Source: Eledone cirrhosa
Lineage: Eukaryota
Assembly: GCA_964016885.1 (NCBI GenBank)
Contig: OZ024751.1
Span: 25,606,001-25,670,000, forward strand
Direction: 5' to 3'
DNA: 64,000 nt
Of this stretch, positions 61,375-64,000 are shown piece after piece. Both the position numbers and the translations under genes were made by a program. Numbering within the stretch: the stretch's first letter is position 1; every line of letters starts with the position of its first letter. The notes under the pieces were generated by a model, which was given only the letters and a program-made list of their open reading frames with translations, did not search any database and had not been told where the DNA came from.

Positions 61375-61615
61375 CTGACTGGAGCATTGGGCTTGTATGC
61401 GTGCGGTTGTGAGTTCGATTCTCAGACTGTGTGACATGTTGTGTCCTTGAGCAAGACACTTTAATTTCACTTTGCTTCAGTTTACTCAGCTATAGAAATG
61501 AGTTGCGATGTCACTGGTGCCATGCTGTATCGGCCATTTTCCTTTCCCTTGGACAACATCGGTGGGGTGGAGAGGGGAGGCTGGTATGCATGGGTGACTG
61601 CTGGTCTTCCACAAA
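61375..61615 (+). mobile_element. SINE family 2 copy
   Basis: B box GAGTTCGATTC then TGTGTCCTTGAGCAAGACACTT. Confidence 0.7.
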
Positions 61616-61765
61616 CATATATATATATAACTACACACTAAACGAAACTGTTTCTATGTTACACGCCATACATTACATCAACACTTTCAGTTGTACATAA
61701 GGATTCATTTATCAAATAAAATAATTGATATTTAAAAAAATAAGTTTACCTTTGATATTATAGAC

Positions 61766-61798
<33 letters not shown>

Positions 61799-61815
61799 GC
61801 ATACATACATACATT

Positions 61816-61847
<32 letters not shown>

Positions 61848-62213
61848 CATACATACATGTACATAGACATATATAGAAACGTAGATACATAGATACATAC
61901 ATACATAGATACATACATACATGCATACATACATACATACATACATACATACATACATACATACATACATACATACATACATACAAACGTACATACATAC
62001 ATACATACATACATACGTACATACATACATACATAACTATAATGTGCTCTCCTGGGGTGTCTCGTCATTTATGATATGCAATACACTGCAGCACTAATGA
62101 AGCAAACTAACCGCCTTTAATTTCTTGAATAGAGAGAAAAACAAATAGATAGTTAGAGAGAGAGAGATAGAGTTAGAGAGGGGGGAGGGAGAGAGAGAGA
62201 GACAGAGAGGGGG

Positions 62214-62298
<85 letters not shown>

Positions 62299-62364
62299 GA
62301 ATAGATAGATGGATAGATAGATATATGGATTGGTAGATATGGATTGGTAGATAGATAGACTGAC

Positions 62365-62480
<116 letters not shown>

Positions 62481-62978
62481 GAGAGAGAGAGAGATAGAGA
62501 AAGAGAGAGAGAGTGAGAGAGAAAGATAGAGAGAGAGGGACAGAGTGAGAGAGATAGAGAGATAGAGAGAAAAATGAAGGAGGAAATCAATAATAATTAC
62601 ATTCGTTTATTTTTCTTTGAGAAACATGTAATGGGAATTTGACTATTAAAATTCCTGTTTCTGTTTTGTATTTTTCTATTAGTTTTGTATTTATCGAAGC
62701 CTTTGAAAATTATTGGAATTTTCAAATATAAATTCATTAATTTATTATCCATATTCATCAAAAGAATTAGCCCGAGTCCTCCAGGGGAGTATTTCTTTTT
62801 TTTGAAATGGGGCGACCAAATATTGTAGTTACAAGCAGTTGTTAAATTTGTTTTTCTTCTTTTACACGCTTAGTTAATTGTAAAGATATAATTTTTAAAA
62901 CATTTGTCATTTAAATTATGATGACAAAATATATCTATTCGTTGCATCTATTGTATTTATTTATATATATATATATAA

Positions 62979-63047
62979 TATAAGATCTAAAGATGGTTAA
63001 AACTCACCTCCTACATATTTATATATATAAATATATATAAATATCTA

Positions 63048-63125
<78 letters not shown>

Positions 63126-63184
63126 ATCTAAAGATGGTTAAAACTCACCTCCTACATATTTATATATATAAATATATATAAATA

Positions 63185-63190
<6 letters not shown>
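62979..63190. repeat. Direct duplication of about 70 bp separated by (TA)n
   Basis: ATAAGATCTAAAGATGGTTAAAACTCACCTCCTACAT at about 62980 and 63121. Confidence 0.9.
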
Positions 63191-63240
<50 letters not shown>

Positions 63241-63304
63241 CATATATATACACGTATGTTTGTATTGTACACATACACGCAAACACGCACAAAACACCCG
63301 GATA

Positions 63305-63341
<37 letters not shown>

Positions 63342-64000
63342 AAAAAATTGAACGGGAACAAGACAGAGAGGAAGTACGAACAAAGGTTTATTAGTTTCAC
63401 GCTCTTGAGAGTGGGGGAGTGGTATATACGTGTGTGTGTGTTATTGATGTGTTTGTGCATACATGTTTGTATGTTTGTATGTGTGGATGATGAATGGATG
63501 GATGAATATATGTAGGTATATATATATATGTATACGTATATGTAATATAAAGGAATAAACACAGTAAGTTGTTTGTTTAAAATTACAATGGCTGACAGAC
63601 CCCCCTTGGTATAACGAATACAATCTATATACGCATACGTATATGTTTATGTATGTATATATGTATATATGTATATATGTATATATGTATGTATGTAAAT
63701 ATATATGTAAATATGTATATACGTATATGTTTATGTATGTATATATGTATATATGTATGTATATGTATATATGTATGTAAATATGTATGTAAATATGTAT
63801 TTACGTATATATTTATGTATGTAAATATGTATGTAAATATGTATATACGTATATGTTTATGTATGTATATATGTATATATGTATGTATGTAAATATGTAT
63901 GTAAATATGTATATTCGTATATGTTTATGTATGTATATGTGTGTATATGTATGTATGCAAATATGTAAGTAAATATGTATATACGTATATGTTTATGTAT

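Overview
Gene-free, AT-rich eukaryotic repeat region. It is probably from an octopod cephalopod; this is inferred from Nin-domain tRNA-SINEs, extreme microsatellite density and a TTAGGG tract. No host protein-coding gene is supported, and almost all listed ORFs are microsatellite artefacts. The window holds about 20 Nin-type SINE copies, about 8 copies of a second SINE, decayed R4/Dong, RTE, Vingi-like and Penelope fragments, several MITEs and minisatellites. The main result is a 466-bp tandem array (about 10.5 near-identical units, 23582-28467) plus one inverted unit (28465-28891), inserted in a (TA)n tract. Every full unit carries a canonical type I hammerhead ribozyme fold (AATATTG-CTGATGA-GATGT-AACA-ACATC-GAAAC-TA-GTT-CAATATT), so it looks like a non-LTR retrozyme or circular-RNA retroelement. 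About 15 other hammerhead motifs of several unrelated families, intact or decayed, sit in short islands mostly next to (TA)n tracts. They are often in fold-back arrangement, and one lies next to a Penelope GIY-YIG remnant. All folds were derived by eye, no activity or database search was done, and boundaries of diverged repeats are approximate.
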